Source of the DNA: an uncultured Chloroflexia bacterium
GTDB lineage: Bacteria > Chloroflexota > Limnocylindria > Limnocylindrales > CSP1-4
Reading direction: 5' to 3'
Length of the DNA: 64,000 bases
Assembly (NCBI GenBank): GCA_963768655.1
Contig: CAVYIM010000004.1
Location: 544,001 to 608,000 of the forward strand
Shown: piece by piece, positions 18,937 to 30,547 of the stretch
Numbering within the stretch: position 1 is the stretch's first letter
Layout of the letters: each line of letters opens with the position of its first letter
Translations under genes and position numbers: made by a program
Notes under the pieces: generated by a model
Told to the model about the DNA's origin: nothing
What the model saw: the letters and a program-made list of their open reading frames with translations, nothing else
Databases searched by the model: none

Positions 18937-21900
18937 ATGCAACTCATCGATGGCCGGCCCGTCTTCGCGGCCACGGATCTGGTCGGCTTCCTGGCCTGCG
19001 AGCATCTCGTCGGGCTGGAACTGGCCGCGCTGGCCGGGCTCGTGGCGAAGCCGGATCGGCTGGACCCGGAGCTGGATCTGATCGCGAAGCGCGGAGAGGA
19101 GCACGAGCGGCGCTACCTCGCGGGACTGGAGGCGCAGGGGCGGCGAGTGACTCGAATCGCCGAGGACCGCGGACAGCCCGATCGCAGGGCGCGCTTGGAG
19201 GCCGCGGCAGGGGTGACACGCGAGGCCATCGAGCGTGGCGACGACGTGATCTACCAGGCCACGTTCTTCGATGGACGGTGGCTCGGGCTGGCGGACTTCC
19301 TGGTCCGGGACGTGCGGCCGAGCCGCCTCGGCGCCTGGAGTTACGAGGTCGTGGACACCAAGCTCGCCCGTCACGTCAGATCGTCCGCGCTCCTCCAGAT
19401 CTGCTCGTACGTGGAGCAGCTGACGGCGATCCAGGGTCTGGCGCCCGAGCGGATGTATGTCGCTCTGGGCGGCAGCGCGCGAACCGTCGAAGCCCATCGC
19501 GTGGCCGACTACATGGCGTACTACCGCACGGTCAAGGCGGCCTTCGAGGAGCGGGTGGAGGCCGACGGCGGGTTCGCCGCGGCGGCGGAATCCACCGAGC
19601 GGCACCTACCCCGAGCCGGTCGAGCACTGCGAGGTCTGCCGCTGGAGCCAGGTTTGCGCCCGCCGACGGCGGTCGGACGACGACCTGTCGCTCGTGGCCG
19701 GGGCATCGACCCGCCTGCGGCGAGCGCTGAAGGGCAGGGGAGTCCCAACGCGCCGCGGCCTTGCAGCCCTGGATCTGCCGCTCGCCGAGCCGCTGGCCGA
19801 GGTCGGTGCCGGAGTCCTACAGACCGGTCGCGACCAGGCCCGCATCCAGGTCCGCGGCCAGGACGAAGGACGCACGATCTACGAGCTGCTGCCGCCGAGC
19901 CGGCTGCCCGACGGCGCTCTCGAGCCGAACCGCGGCCTCACGAGCCTCCCGCCACCGCGACGCGGAGACCTCTTCTTCGACATAGAGGGCGACCCGTTCG
20001 CGCTGGAAGACGGGGTCGACTATCTGTTCGGGATCCTGGAGCCCGGCCTGGTCGGGCCCGACGGCGAGCCTACCTTCCATGCCTTCTGGGCGGTGGACGG
20101 GCAGGGCCAGGTGACGCACGAGTCGGAGAAGCGAGCCTTCGAGCAGGCCATCGACTTGATGATGGACCGCCTGGCGAGCGATCCCGAGATCCACATCTAC
20201 CACTACGCCGCCTACGAGCCGACGGCCGCCGGCCGCTTGATGGGCCGCCATGCCACGCGGGAGCTCGAGGTCGACCGGCTGCTGCGCGGCAAGGTCTTCG
20301 TCGACCTCTTTCGTGCCGTCCGCCAGGGACTGCGAGCCTCGGTGGAGAGCTACTCCATCAAGAAGCTGGAGCCGCTCTATGGACTCGCCCGCGAGGAGAG
20401 CCTGCGCGACGCCGGTTCGAGCATCGTCGCCTTCGAGAGCTGGCTGGCCGAGACGGAGACGGGGACGGCCAGCCCGGAGGCAAGGTCGCCCGAGACCGAT
20501 GCGACACTGCGCAGCATCGAGGCCTACAACCGCGACGACTGCGTGTCGAACTGGCTGCTCCGCGACTGGCTGGAGGGGCGCCGCGGCGAGCTGGCCGCCG
20601 AGATCGGCGAGCCTCTGCCGCGCCCCGGTCCGGCCGAGCCCGAGGCGGCGGAGAAGCTGACCGATCGCCTGGCCCACGTCGCCGAGGTTGCCGATCGGTT
20701 GTGCGCGGGCGCTCCGGAAGAGGCGGCGGATCGCACTCCCGCGCAGCACGCCCGCTGGCTGCTGGCTCAGCTGCTGAGCTGGCACAGGCGCGAGGAGAAG
20801 GCATTCTGGTGGCGCTACTTCCACCTCATGAACGACCTCACGGACGAGGAGCGAATCGCCGAACGGGAGCCGATCGGCGGGCTGACGCTGGTCGAATGCC
20901 TGGGGCCGTCGGCGCGCTCCACGGTATACCGGTATCGCTTTCCCGAGCAGGAGCACGCCATCGACGTGGGTACGGAGGTCGCGGACCCCGCCACGGGGCG
21001 CTCGCCGGGGGATGTGGTGGCGCTGGACGAGGCGGCGGGCACTCTGGACCTGCGGCGCGGGCCCAGGCGAGACGGCCCCCATCCCACGTCTCTGGTGCCG
21101 AGCGGTCGTGTCGGCACCGGGCCGCTGCGCGACAGCCTGCTTCGGATCGGCGAGTGGGTCGCCGAGCACGGCGTCGAAGGGCCGGGAGAGCACCGCGCGG
21201 CGCGGGAGCTGCTGCTCCGCAGGGCCCCCCGAGTTCGCGGCGGAGAGGCGCTGTGCCGGCCGGATGAGGAAGCGCTCGACGCCGCTCTGCGGATCGTGCC
21301 CGCGCTGGACGGTGGCTGCCTGGCGGTGCAGGGCCCGCCCGGCTCCGGCAAGACATACCTGGGCGCGGCGGCGATCGTGGAGCTCGTCCGGCGAGGGCGC
21401 AAGGTGGGCGTGACGGCCAACAGCCACAAGGTCATCGGCAATCTGCTCAATTCGGTCGCCGAGCGCGCCGCGGAGCGTGGCGTGAAGGTGCGGATCGGCC
21501 AGAAGACGGACATGAGCGGGGAATGCGCCTCGGACGCCGCCGAGGCGTTCGAGGGCGCCGCCGCGCTGCTCGCGGCGATCGAGGCCGGGGAGCTGGACGT
21601 GGTCGGCGGCACGGCCTGGGTCTGGTCGCGGCCGGACTTCGCCGAGCGACTCGACGTGCTCGTAGTGGACGAGGCCGGCCAGTTCTCGCTCGCCAACGCC
21701 GTGGCCGTTTCGCCGGCGGCCCGCGGCATGGTCCTCCTCGGCGACCCGCAGCAGCTGGATCAGCCGCTCCAGGGAACCCATCCGCCGGGCGCCGAGGCCT
21801 CCGCCCTGGGCCACGTGCTCGCCCGGGAATCCACCATGCCCGTGGACCGAGGCCTCTTCCTGGAACGTACTCGCCGGCTCCATCCGGATCTCTGCCGCTT

Positions 21901-22483
21901 CACGTCCGAGGCCTTCTACGAGAGCAGGCTCGGCTCCGTGGTCGGTCTGGAGAACCAGGATCTGGAGGCCTCGGGTGCGCTCTCGGGCACGGGCGTGCGC
22001 TACGTACCCGCGCGCCACGAAGGCAACACCAGCGAGTCGCCCGAGGAAGCGGAGCTGGTCGCCCGGCTGGTTCGCGACCTCGTCGCCGGCGGCGCAGTCT
22101 GGACGGACCGACTCGGGCGGACGCACCCGCTCAGCTGGGAGGATGTCGTGATCGTCGCTCCCTACAACGCCCAGGTCGCGGAGATCGGGCGGCGGCTACC
22201 GGCGGCGCGGGTCGGGACGGTCGACAAGTTCCAGGGACAGGAGGCGCCGGTGTCGATCTACTCGATGACCACGTCGGGGCCCGACGAGGCGCCGCGCGGC
22301 ATGGAGTTCCTCTACAGCCTCAACCGCCTCAACGTCGCCACCTCCCGGGCCCGCTGCCTGGCGGCCGTGGTAGCCAGCCCGGCGCTGGTGAGGGTCCGCG
22401 CCCGAACGCCTCGCCAGATGCGGCTCGCCAACGCTCTCTGCCGCTTCCTGGAACTGGCCGCGACCCAGGCGCCCGAGAGCTGA
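18937..22483 (+). CDS. TM0106-family RecB-like nuclease / RNase H-like / SF1 helicase; +1 frameshift near 19588
   Basis: N-part MQLIDGRPVFAATDL, GLADFL, YEVVDTKLA, LQICSY; C-part FFDIEGDP, SYSIKKLE, YNRDDC, QGPPGSGKT, DEAGQ, TVDKFQGQE, NRLNVATSRA. Confidence 0.9.
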
Positions 22484-22656
22484 GGACGCGCGAACTCCGG
22501 CCCCGGCGCCGGATGTTTGCGGGTGCAGTGCCGCACCGGGACGACCGATACCTTCGAGGCGATCCCCCGTCGCAGGGAAGGTGCAGCCCGAGCGGCGCGA
22601 CGGCGTCGAGCGGGTGAGGCACCGATCGGATCGGCTACGCGCACCGAGGAACTCAT

Positions 22657-25245
22657 ATGCAACCCAGCACTGCCCAGTCCCGCCTCGCCGCGTGGCGCTC
22701 TACGCTCGTCCGCCGCGGCGTCTTCGCCGGGCTCGCGCTTGCCCTGGCGTTCCTCGCCGCGGGCGTCCTGGCCACCGCGTTCGGGGCCGCGGCGAGCCCT
22801 GCGCTGCTGACCCTTGGCATCGGCGCCACAGCCGGCTGGGCCGTCACCGCGGCGGCCTACATGTTCACCGTCGCGCGGCCGCTCGGCCGCCTCACCCGGA
22901 CCACGATCGCCCTGGCCGAGACGGACACGGCGGCCCTCTCGGACGCCCTCGGCGCGCTGGCGGAAGGGGATCTGACACGCAAGCTGAAGATGCAGGTCAG
23001 GCCGATCGCGATCGATGGGACCCTCGAGGTCACCCGCCTGTGCGACGGCATCGGGGGCATCATCGCCCGGCTCGGCGACAGCGCCTCCCAGCTCAACAGC
23101 GTCACCGACGAGGCGTGCCGGCGCCTCTTCTACGTCGGTGGCGACGGGTACCTCCAGGGCCAGACGGGCGGCGAGGCCATGGGCCGCGCCCTCGACGGCA
23201 GGGGCCAGGTCCTGGTCGTGACGGCGTCTTTCTCCCATCTCAGCCTGGAGCTGCGTCGTCACGGATTCGAGGGGATCCTGCGGGAGCGATATCCGAACGT
23301 CGAGGTCGTCGAGTCGATAGAGACCATCGGCGAGGGGCCTGAGATGCGCGTCGCCACTGCCGCGGCGCTGAAGCGCCACCCGCGACTGGCGGGCATATAC
23401 GTCACGGTCGCCGGCGGCGGAGCGGCCCAGGCCGTGGTCGATGCCGGCCTGGCCGGGAAGCTGACACTCATCAGCCACGACCTCGTGGACGAGTCGATGC
23501 CCTACGTCATCAACGGCGTCATCACCGCCGCGATCGGCCAGGACCCGTACGGTCAGGGGCACGATCCGGTCATCCATCTGTTCAACTACCTTGCCGCCGG
23601 CTGGCAACCGCCCAGGTCGCGGCTGCTGACGGCCATGGACCTGGTCACGTCCGCCAACGTGGGGCAGTTTTGGCAGGCCGGCAAGGGCGCCATCGAGTCG
23701 GCGGCCGTCGCCGCCCGCCGCCCCAGGCCGATGCAGGTCGCGCACCGCCGCATCCGGATTGCCGTCCTCGGCCTCGCCGACACGCCCTTCTGGGATCTCG
23801 TCCGGGACGGCGCGATGGCCGCCGCGGAGGAGTTGCGGCCCTTCAACGCCGAGGCGGAGTGGATCGTTCCCGAGCCGAGCAAGTCCTTCGACATGGTCGT
23901 AAGGTCACAGGCTATCGAGACGCTCGCCGGGCAGGGCTGGGACGCCCTCGCCACACCGGTATTCGACACCGGCCTGGTGGCGAGCATCAACCGGGTCGTC
24001 GCCGCGGGCGTGCCGGTCGCGACGTTCAACTCGGAGTCGTCGAGCTTGCGCGGCCTGATGGATCAGCTCTCCCATCGTGCCCAGAAGCTGATCGAGGTCA
24101 GCGACGTCATCGCCGGTTCCGCGAGGTCCTCCGGTCTGGCTACGAGCCAGATCGCCGGGAACATCTCGCAGATGGCGGACGCGGCCACCAGCGAAGCCGC
24201 CGCAATGACCAGGGCCAACTCCAGCATCGAACGGATCGCCGAGTCCGTCGAAGCCATCGCCAGCGGCGCGCGAGATCAGGCCCAGGCCGCTGACAGCCTG
24301 TCGGAAGCTGCCGGCCACATCGCGCAAGCGGTCGAGATGGCCGGGTCGAGCTCCGAAACCGTCGTGGCCGCCACCGTCGAGGCCGTGGCCACGGCCGAGC
24401 GCGGATCGGACGCCATTCGCCAGACCCTGGCCCAGATGAAATCGATCGAAAGCGCCGTCGACTCTTCGGCGGGGACGATCCAGGAGACCAACGCCCGAGC
24501 CCAGCAGATCGGCGAGATCGTCGGCACCATCGAAGACATAGCCGCGCAGACGAACCTGCTGGCGCTGAACGCGGCGATCGAGGCGGCCCGGGCCGGGGAT
24601 CAGGGCAAGGGCTTCGCCGTCGTCGCCAGCGAGGTTCGCAAGCTGGCGGAGAAGTCGGCGGCGGCGACCAAGGAGATCGGGGCGATCATCAACTCCGTCC
24701 AGGCCAGCGCCCAGCGCGCCGCGGAGGCGATGGACGTAGCCATGCAGAAAGTGCACGACGGTTCGTCGCTGGCCCAGCACTCCGGCCAGGCGCTCGACCA
24801 GCTCCTCGAATCGGCCAAGACGACGCGGCGCCAGACGGGCGAGATGGCCAGCGCCAACCAGACCGTAGCCGACGTGATGGTCGATCTGACGTCGGCTATC
24901 CAGCGCGTCTCTGCGGTCGTCACGGCCAACATGAACCGGTCCGAGATGGCGGCCGGCGGCATTCGCGAGACGCTCGAGATCGTCGAGAGCGTGGCCGCTC
25001 TGTCGGAGGAGAACGCCGCTTCGGCAGAACGCGTTTCCTCCTCGACCGGCCTGGTTTCTCAGCAGGCGCAGGAAGTGAACGAGGCCGCCGTCGAGCTGAC
25101 CGCCATCGCGCGAGAGCTCGAGGGGGCGACGGCTCGGTTCAGGCTGACCCGCGACGACGAGGCGGCTGATGTCGCTTCAGGCGTCGTGGCCGGCGAGCAG
25201 GCCGCGGACACGGGCTCGCGAGGCCGATCGAGGAAGGCCGCCTGA
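22657..25245 (+). CDS. Methyl-accepting chemotaxis protein with an internal, circularly permuted sugar-binding (RbsB-type) domain
   Basis: Two TM helices, HAMP, PBP-like region aa ~153-460, then [38 protein letters not shown] hairpin tip. Confidence 0.92.
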   Translation: MQPSTAQSRLAAWRSTLVRRGVFAGLALALAFLAAGVLATAFGAAASPALLTLGIGATAGWAVTAAAYMFTVARPLGRLTRTTIALAETDTAALSDALGALAEGDLTRKLKMQVRPIAIDGTLEVTRLCDGIGGIIARLGDSASQLNSVTDEACRRLFYVGGDGYLQGQTGGEAMGRALDGRGQVLVVTASFSHLSLELRRHGFEGILRERYPNVEVVESIETIGEGPEMRVATAAALKRHPRLAGIYVTVAGGGAAQAVVDAGLAGKLTLISHDLVDESMPYVINGVITAAIGQDPYGQGHDPVIHLFNYLAAGWQPPRSRLLTAMDLVTSANVGQFWQAGKGAIESAAVAARRPRPMQVAHRRIRIAVLGLADTPFWDLVRDGAMAAAEELRPFNAEAEWIVPEPSKSFDMVVRSQAIETLAGQGWDALATPVFDTGLVASINRVVAAGVPVATFNSESSSLRGLMDQLSHRAQKLIEVSDVIAGSARSSGLATSQIAGNISQMADAATSEAAAMTRANSSIERIAESVEAIASGARDQAQAADSLSEAAGHIAQAVEMAGSSSETVVAATVEAVATAERGSDAIRQTLAQMKSIESAVDSSAGTIQETNARAQQIGEIVGTIEDIAAQTNLLALNAAIEAARAGDQGKGFAVVASEVRKLAEKSAAATKEIGAIINSVQASAQRAAEAMDVAMQKVHDGSSLAQHSGQALDQLLESAKTTRRQTGEMASANQTVADVMVDLTSAIQRVSAVVTANMNRSEMAAGGIRETLEIVESVAALSEENAASAERVSSSTGLVSQQAQEVNEAAVELTAIARELEGATARFRLTRDDEAADVASGVVAGEQAADTGSRGRSRKAA

Positions 25246-25397
25246 GCGGTCTCCGATAGACCGGCAGGCCCCGGACCGGGCTTCGTCTGCCGGTTCGGGA
25301 CTCGATCGAACCGAAGTCTCCATGCGCGCGGGCTACTCTATGGCCGGAACCGGCCTCTCCGCTAAGTCGACCGGTCGCCGAGAGAGGAGCCCAGGCA

Positions 25398-26381
25398 ATG
25401 CAGTACCGCAGGCTCGGCAAGACCGGCCGTGACGTGAGTGCGATCGGCTTCGGCGCGTGGGCGATCGGCGCCGATTGGGGGGTCGTAGACGACGGCGAAA
25501 GCCTCCGGGCGCTGCACGCGGCCGCCGACGCGGGCGTCACGCTCATCGACACCGCCGACGTCTACGGCGACGGTCGCAGCGAGAGGATCGTCGGCCGGTT
25601 CCTCCGCGAGCGAAGCGGCGAGCGGTTCTTCGTCGCCACGAAGATGGGCCGGCGCGTACCCCTGGACATGGCGTCGTACACCCCCGACAACTTCCGAGCC
25701 TGGATCGATCGAAGCCGGGGAAACCTCCGCGTGGACTGCCTGGATCTCGTCCAGCTGCATTGCCTCCCGACCGACGTCTACTACCATCCCGAGACCTTCG
25801 CCGCTCTCGACGACCTGGTGGCAGCCGGCGCGATCGCCAGCTACGGCGTCAGCGTCGAGCGGGTCGAGGAGGGCCTCAAGGCCATCGAGTATCCAGGCCT
25901 CGCCTCGGTCCAGATCATCTTCAACATGCTCCGCCAGCGCCCCGCCGACCACTTCCTGTCCGAGGCGAAGCGGCGCGACGTGGGCGTCCTGGCGCGAGTC
26001 CCGCTGGCGTCCGGGCTGCTGACCGGCAAGATGAGCCGGCAGACCGCCTTCGACGCCTCCGACCACCGTTCGTACAACCGTCACGGCGAGGCCTTCGACG
26101 TGGGCGAGACGTTCGCCGGCGTGGATTACGACGCCGGCCTGGCCTTCGTCGAAGAGCTCAGAGCCCTCGTGCCCGGCGGCGCCACGATGGCCCAGATGGC
26201 GCTGCGCTGGATCCTGGCCTTCGATGGCGTGACGACGGCGATCCCCGGCGCCAAATCGCCCGAACAGGCCCGGACGAACGCCGCCGCGGCCGATCTGGCG
26301 GCCATCCAGCCGGCCACCCTCGAGCGCATCCGGGCCATGTACGAGGAGCGCATCAAACCCCTCGTTCACCAGCGCTGGTAG
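25398..26381 (+). CDS. Aldo/keto reductase
   Basis: MQYRRLGKTG, IDTADVYGDG, ATKMG, LVQLH, PLASGLL, AIPGAKS. Confidence 0.93.
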   Translation: MQYRRLGKTGRDVSAIGFGAWAIGADWGVVDDGESLRALHAAADAGVTLIDTADVYGDGRSERIVGRFLRERSGERFFVATKMGRRVPLDMASYTPDNFRAWIDRSRGNLRVDCLDLVQLHCLPTDVYYHPETFAALDDLVAAGAIASYGVSVERVEEGLKAIEYPGLASVQIIFNMLRQRPADHFLSEAKRRDVGVLARVPLASGLLTGKMSRQTAFDASDHRSYNRHGEAFDVGETFAGVDYDAGLAFVEELRALVPGGATMAQMALRWILAFDGVTTAIPGAKSPEQARTNAAAADLAAIQPATLERIRAMYEERIKPLVHQRW

Positions 26382-26439
26382 CGTCGGCGGGCGAGGCGGC
26401 CGATCACGTCGACTGCCCGCCTCCGACGGCAGTGGGAGG

Positions 26440-26871
26440 TCAGCTCAGGCGTTCGAGCAGGATCACCGGAATGACGCGCGTCGTCCGCGCCTGGTACTCG
26501 AGGAAGCCGGGATATTCGGCCGCATGCTGGGCATAGAGGCGATCTCGCTCGGCGCCCTCGACCACCGTGGCCCGGGCCGAGAACGTCTCCCCACCGGCTT
26601 CGACCGTCACCGTCGGGTTCGCCACGAGATTGAGATACCATGCCGGATGCACCGGCGCTCCGCCCTTCGAGGCGACGATGACGAGACGGTCGCCGTCGCG
26701 TGAGTAGACGACCGGCGCCAGACGCGGCTGGCCCGTCTTCGCTCCGGTGGTGGTGAGCAGCAGCACCCGGCGCCCCGCGAACGGTCCAGTACTGACCCGG
26801 CCGTCGTGGGCTCGGAAATCCTCGATCAGGGAAGAGTTGAAGCTGGCGAATCGTGGGTCCGGGCCGGTCAT
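26440..26871 (-). CDS. F420-dependent (Ddn-like) nitroreductase family oxidoreductase
   Basis: LLTTTGAKTGQPR, VASKGGAPVHPAWYLNL, YQARTTRVIPV. Confidence 0.92.
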   Translation of the reverse strand: MTGPDPRFASFNSSLIEDFRAHDGRVSTGPFAGRRVLLLTTTGAKTGQPRLAPVVYSRDGDRLVIVASKGGAPVHPAWYLNLVANPTVTVEAGGETFSARATVVEGAERDRLYAQHAAEYPGFLEYQARTTRVIPVILLERLS

Positions 26872-27080
26872 GAAACCTCCGGTTGAGATCCGTGGAGACT
26901 AGCTGAGCTTCATCGTAACGCGCGCCCCGATTGACCCGGAGTGGCCGGTCGATCGTGTAGCAGGATGCGCCACGGCCGGCGCCCGGCCGTGGCGCCGGCG
27001 GTCGGCGCCGGCGGCGGGACTTCGCAACGCGGGGGAGAGGCGCCGCCGATGCCGCGTCCCCGGGGATATGGCCCGGCCGT

Positions 27081-28568
27081 TCAGCCGCGCGGCAACCGCC
27101 CGTAGAGCTCTCGGTAGATGGCGGACATGCCCGCGTAGAGCTCGACGCTCGCCGGATCCGGCTCCATCACGCGTGTGTCGGCCGGCAGCGGCGGGACTCC
27201 ATTCGCCGTCGAAGGGATGACGCCGCCGGCGACGGCGCCGAGCAGCGCCGCGCCCCGGGCCGATCCATGCTCCGTTGCGCCGAGGGCGACCGGGAGATCG
27301 AGGACGTCGGCGATGATCTGCTGCCACAGGCGATTGACGCCGCCGCCCGCGACGACGCCCGAGGTCGGTCGCACGCCGATGCCGCGCATGAGATCGAGGC
27401 CTTCGGCCAGGGCAAAGGCCACTCCCTCCAGAACCGCCCGGGTCAGCTCCGGGGCGGTGTGGCTGATGCGCAGCCCGACCATCGCGCCTCGTGCGGCCGG
27501 GTCGAAGTGCGGCGTCCGTTCGCCGCGCAGGTACGGCAGGAAGATCAGGCCGTCGCTCCCGGCCGGTACCTTGGCGGCGGCCGCCAGCAACTCGCGGCTG
27601 CCGTTGGGGTCGTCGGGGCGCAGCAGTCGAACGACCCAGTCGAGCGAGGCCGCGGCCGAGAGGATCGCGGCCATGACGCACCACTGGCCGGGGACGACAT
27701 GGGCCAGCCCATGGAGGCGCCCGTCGGGGTCGATGTGCGGCTGGGCCACCGGCGCGAGCACCTGCCCGCCCGTGCCGAGCGAGATGAGCACCGTGCCCTT
27801 CGCGTCTTCTTCCCGGGCCATGCCCAGGCCCAGGGCCGCCGCAGGGGCATCGGCTCCGCCCACCGCCACGGCGATCCCGGCCGGCAGGCCCAGCGCCCGG
27901 GCGGCATCCTCGCGCAAAGCCCCGGCTTTCGTCTCCGATTCCATGAGCGGTGGCAGCAGCCCGGCGTCGATCTCCAGTTTCCCGCAAATCTCCGGCGCCC
28001 AGGTCCGGGCCCGCAGATCGAACAGGAGCGTCGCGGAGGCGTCGGAGACGTCGCTCGCCACCTCGCCCGTCAGGCGCGCCCGCAGGGCGTCCTTGGGTTG
28101 CACGATCCAGCGCGTACGGGCGAAGACGTCCGGCTCGTGGGCCGCGACCCACATGATCTTGGGCGCCGTGAAGCTGACGTTCGATCGATTGCCTGTCAGG
28201 GCCACCAGCTCCCCGCGCGGAATTCGCTTCTCGATCTCGGCCGCCTCGGCCTCGGCGCGACCGTCAGACCACATCAGGGCCGGTCGAACCGGGACGGCGG
28301 CGGCGTCGAGGAAGACGGCGCTGTGCATCTGGCCGGTGAGGCCGAGGGCGACGACGTCCGCGCCCCGCATGCTCGGTCGGGACAGCATCTCGGACATCCC
28401 CAGACGCAGCGCATCCCACCAGCGATCCGGGTTCTGCTCCGCGTAGCCGGGTTGACGGGATTCCGTGGCGTACGAGGCCATCGTCACCCCGAGGGCATTG
28501 CCCTCCTCGTCCAGGGCGAGCAACTTGACCCGCGACGACCCAAGATCGATCCCGATCGAGACGCGCAC
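27081..28568 (-). CDS. xylB: Xylulokinase (FGGY family)
   Basis: GIDLGSS, GQMHS, DVSDASAT, SLGTGG, FLPYLRGERTP, RAVLEGVAF. Confidence 0.85.
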   Translation of the reverse strand: MRVSIGIDLGSSRVKLLALDEEGNALGVTMASYATESRQPGYAEQNPDRWWDALRLGMSEMLSRPSMRGADVVALGLTGQMHSAVFLDAAAVPVRPALMWSDGRAEAEAAEIEKRIPRGELVALTGNRSNVSFTAPKIMWVAAHEPDVFARTRWIVQPKDALRARLTGEVASDVSDASATLLFDLRARTWAPEICGKLEIDAGLLPPLMESETKAGALREDAARALGLPAGIAVAVGGADAPAAALGLGMAREEDAKGTVLISLGTGGQVLAPVAQPHIDPDGRLHGLAHVVPGQWCVMAAILSAAASLDWVVRLLRPDDPNGSRELLAAAAKVPAGSDGLIFLPYLRGERTPHFDPAARGAMVGLRISHTAPELTRAVLEGVAFALAEGLDLMRGIGVRPTSGVVAGGGVNRLWQQIIADVLDLPVALGATEHGSARGAALLGAVAGGVIPSTANGVPPLPADTRVMEPDPASVELYAGMSAIYRELYGRLPRG

Positions 28569-28824
28569 CGATACCTCCGAACTAGCCCCCGGACCATCGA
28601 CCTGTCGGCCGTAAGGTTACCGCCCGGCGCGGCATCGAGAGGCGAATGCAAGATATCGAATCAGTTCGCGCCGGCCCTGGAGACCCGACTGCCGGTTTGC
28701 GCGGGCGCCGGCGCACCGAACGGCGCGACGCGACAGTGGCCCAACCAGTCCTGGAGCCATACCCCGCGACTGCCGATCACGATCGACGTGACACCCGGGA
28801 CCGGGCGACTCCAACTCGGCTGCG

Positions 28825-29625
28825 TCAGGCCGCCAGATCGCGCCTGTCGAAGGCAACGATCGCAAGGGCGAGGAAGACGGCCGCGACGGCGCAAAGCACG
28901 GCCGCGTCGCCGAGATTCAAACCGTTGCGGAGCGGATCGTCGCCCATGTAGTAGCGGAAAAGCGAGAGTGGCCGGACGGTCCTGAGGCCGTCCACGATCG
29001 AACTGAGCGCGTCGATCAGATACATGGCCACCAGCAGCGCGACCGTCACGCCGATGGCGGCGCCACGATTGCCGGTGCCGGCCGAGATGGCCAGGGCGAT
29101 GTTCCCGAACGCCAGGCCCAGCAGAACGAGCATCAGCAGCGCCGCGGCGAGTGGACCGGGCGGCAGCGGGCTGGCGCTGATGGCCGCGCCCGCGATGGCG
29201 AAGACCCACAAGACGATGACGCACACGATGCAGGCCAACACGACGGCCAACCATTTCTCGAGGACGACATGGCGACGCGACACCGGGTAGGAGAGAAGGA
29301 TGTCGATCGTGCCGCGCGACTCCTCGCCGGCCGTGAATCCGCTCGCCATTCCGGCGGCGAACGCGACCATCGCGGCGGGCAGGATCATCGAGAACAGCTC
29401 GATGTGAAGGAAGCCGACGAGGCTGTTCGCGTCTCCCGCGCTTGCGCCGAGCAGTCGGGCGGCCGGCCCCATCTTCTCGAGGAGCGATTCCATATCAACT
29501 ATCTTCGAGTAGGTGGGGAAGAGAATTGCGAAGTAGGCGGTCATCACCGCACACCCGAGACTCACCCCGAACGTAGGCCATCGCAAATCGCGGATGGTCT
29601 TCGTGAAGACGTTACGCAGCAGCAT
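28825..29625 (-). CDS. ABC-2 type transporter permease
   Basis: AGEESRGTIDILLSYPVSR motif, 6 TM; GGGAGG RBS before ATG 29625. Confidence 0.88.
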   Translation of the reverse strand: MLLRNVFTKTIRDLRWPTFGVSLGCAVMTAYFAILFPTYSKIVDMESLLEKMGPAARLLGASAGDANSLVGFLHIELFSMILPAAMVAFAAGMASGFTAGEESRGTIDILLSYPVSRRHVVLEKWLAVVLACIVCVIVLWVFAIAGAAISASPLPPGPLAAALLMLVLLGLAFGNIALAISAGTGNRGAAIGVTVALLVAMYLIDALSSIVDGLRTVRPLSLFRYYMGDDPLRNGLNLGDAAVLCAVAAVFLALAIVAFDRRDLAA

Positions 29626-30547
29626 GGCCAGCCTCCCGCGCTGCCGTCTCGTCCGCAGCCTCACCCGATCCATAATAGGCCATGAATATCTCTTCGAGGC
29701 TCGTGTCGATGCTGCGAATACTGCGAACCTCGAATCGGGCCGCGGCTTTGATCAACGCATCGACGCTGCCCATCACTGTGCAACGAAGAGTGCCATCATC
29801 TACGACCAGCTCGCTCACACCTGGTAGGTTCGAGAAGGCTTCCGCCTCAACACGTTCGCCGAAATCGATCTCGAGGCGGCGCAGGGCCCGTTCTTTCAAT
29901 GCCGCGATCGTTTCGACAGCCAGCAATCGGCCCTCGCGAATGATGCCGACGCGATCGCACAGGTGCTCGACCTCGGGCAGCTGGTGCGACGAGATGAATA
30001 CGGTCCGACCTTCGCCGCGGGCCTCTTCGCAGAGGCGTTCGAACTCGAGCTGGACGAAGGGATCGAGGCCGGCCGTGGGTTCGTCGAGGATCAGCAGCTC
30101 GGGCCGGATCATGAATGCCGAGACGAGGCCGACCTTCTGCTTGTTGCCGCGCGACAGGGCCTTGATCCTCCTGGTCGGGTCGAGCTCGAGGCGCTCGATC
30201 AGGCTCTCGCGGTAGGCCGCGTCGACCTGGCCCTGGAGATTCCCGAGGTAGGTCAGCAGCTGACGGCCGGTCAGCTCGCTGTACAGGGAGAGCTCGCCGG
30301 GCACGTAGCTGGTCCGCCGGTCGATGGCCAGCCGGTCCCGATGGACGTCCAGGCCGAGGACGCGGGCCTGGCCGCCGGTGGGCCGTATCAGGTCGAGCAG
30401 CAACCTGATCGTCGTTGACTTGCCGGCACCGTTGGGGCCCAGAAAGCCGAAGATCTGGCCGGCCTCCACCAGCAGGTCGACGTCGACGATTCCGCGGGCG
30501 CGGCCATAGCGCTTCGTGAGACCTCGAGTCTCGATCGCGGCGGTCAT
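29612..30547 (-). CDS. ABC transporter ATP-binding protein
   Basis: GPNGAGKST, LSRGNKQK, ILDEPTAGLD, SSH. Confidence 0.95.
   Translation of the reverse strand: MTAAIETRGLTKRYGRARGIVDVDLLVEAGQIFGFLGPNGAGKSTTIRLLLDLIRPTGGQARVLGLDVHRDRLAIDRRTSYVPGELSLYSELTGRQLLTYLGNLQGQVDAAYRESLIERLELDPTRRIKALSRGNKQKVGLVSAFMIRPELLILDEPTAGLDPFVQLEFERLCEEARGEGRTVFISSHQLPEVEHLCDRVGIIREGRLLAVETIAALKERALRRLEIDFGERVEAEAFSNLPGVSELVVDDGTLRCTVMGSVDALIKAAARFEVRSIRSIDTSLEEIFMAYYGSGEAADETAAREAGHAAA

Noticed and set aside
19581-19600. Programmed ribosomal frameshift in the nuclease-helicase
   Set aside because: No slippery heptamer, and the same +1 homopolymer pattern recurs at three unrelated genes
18895-21267. 790-aa ORF as a separate protein
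   Set aside because: Only the first ~230 aa are TM0106-like; the rest is out-of-frame Arg/Pro-rich read-through after the 19588 frameshift
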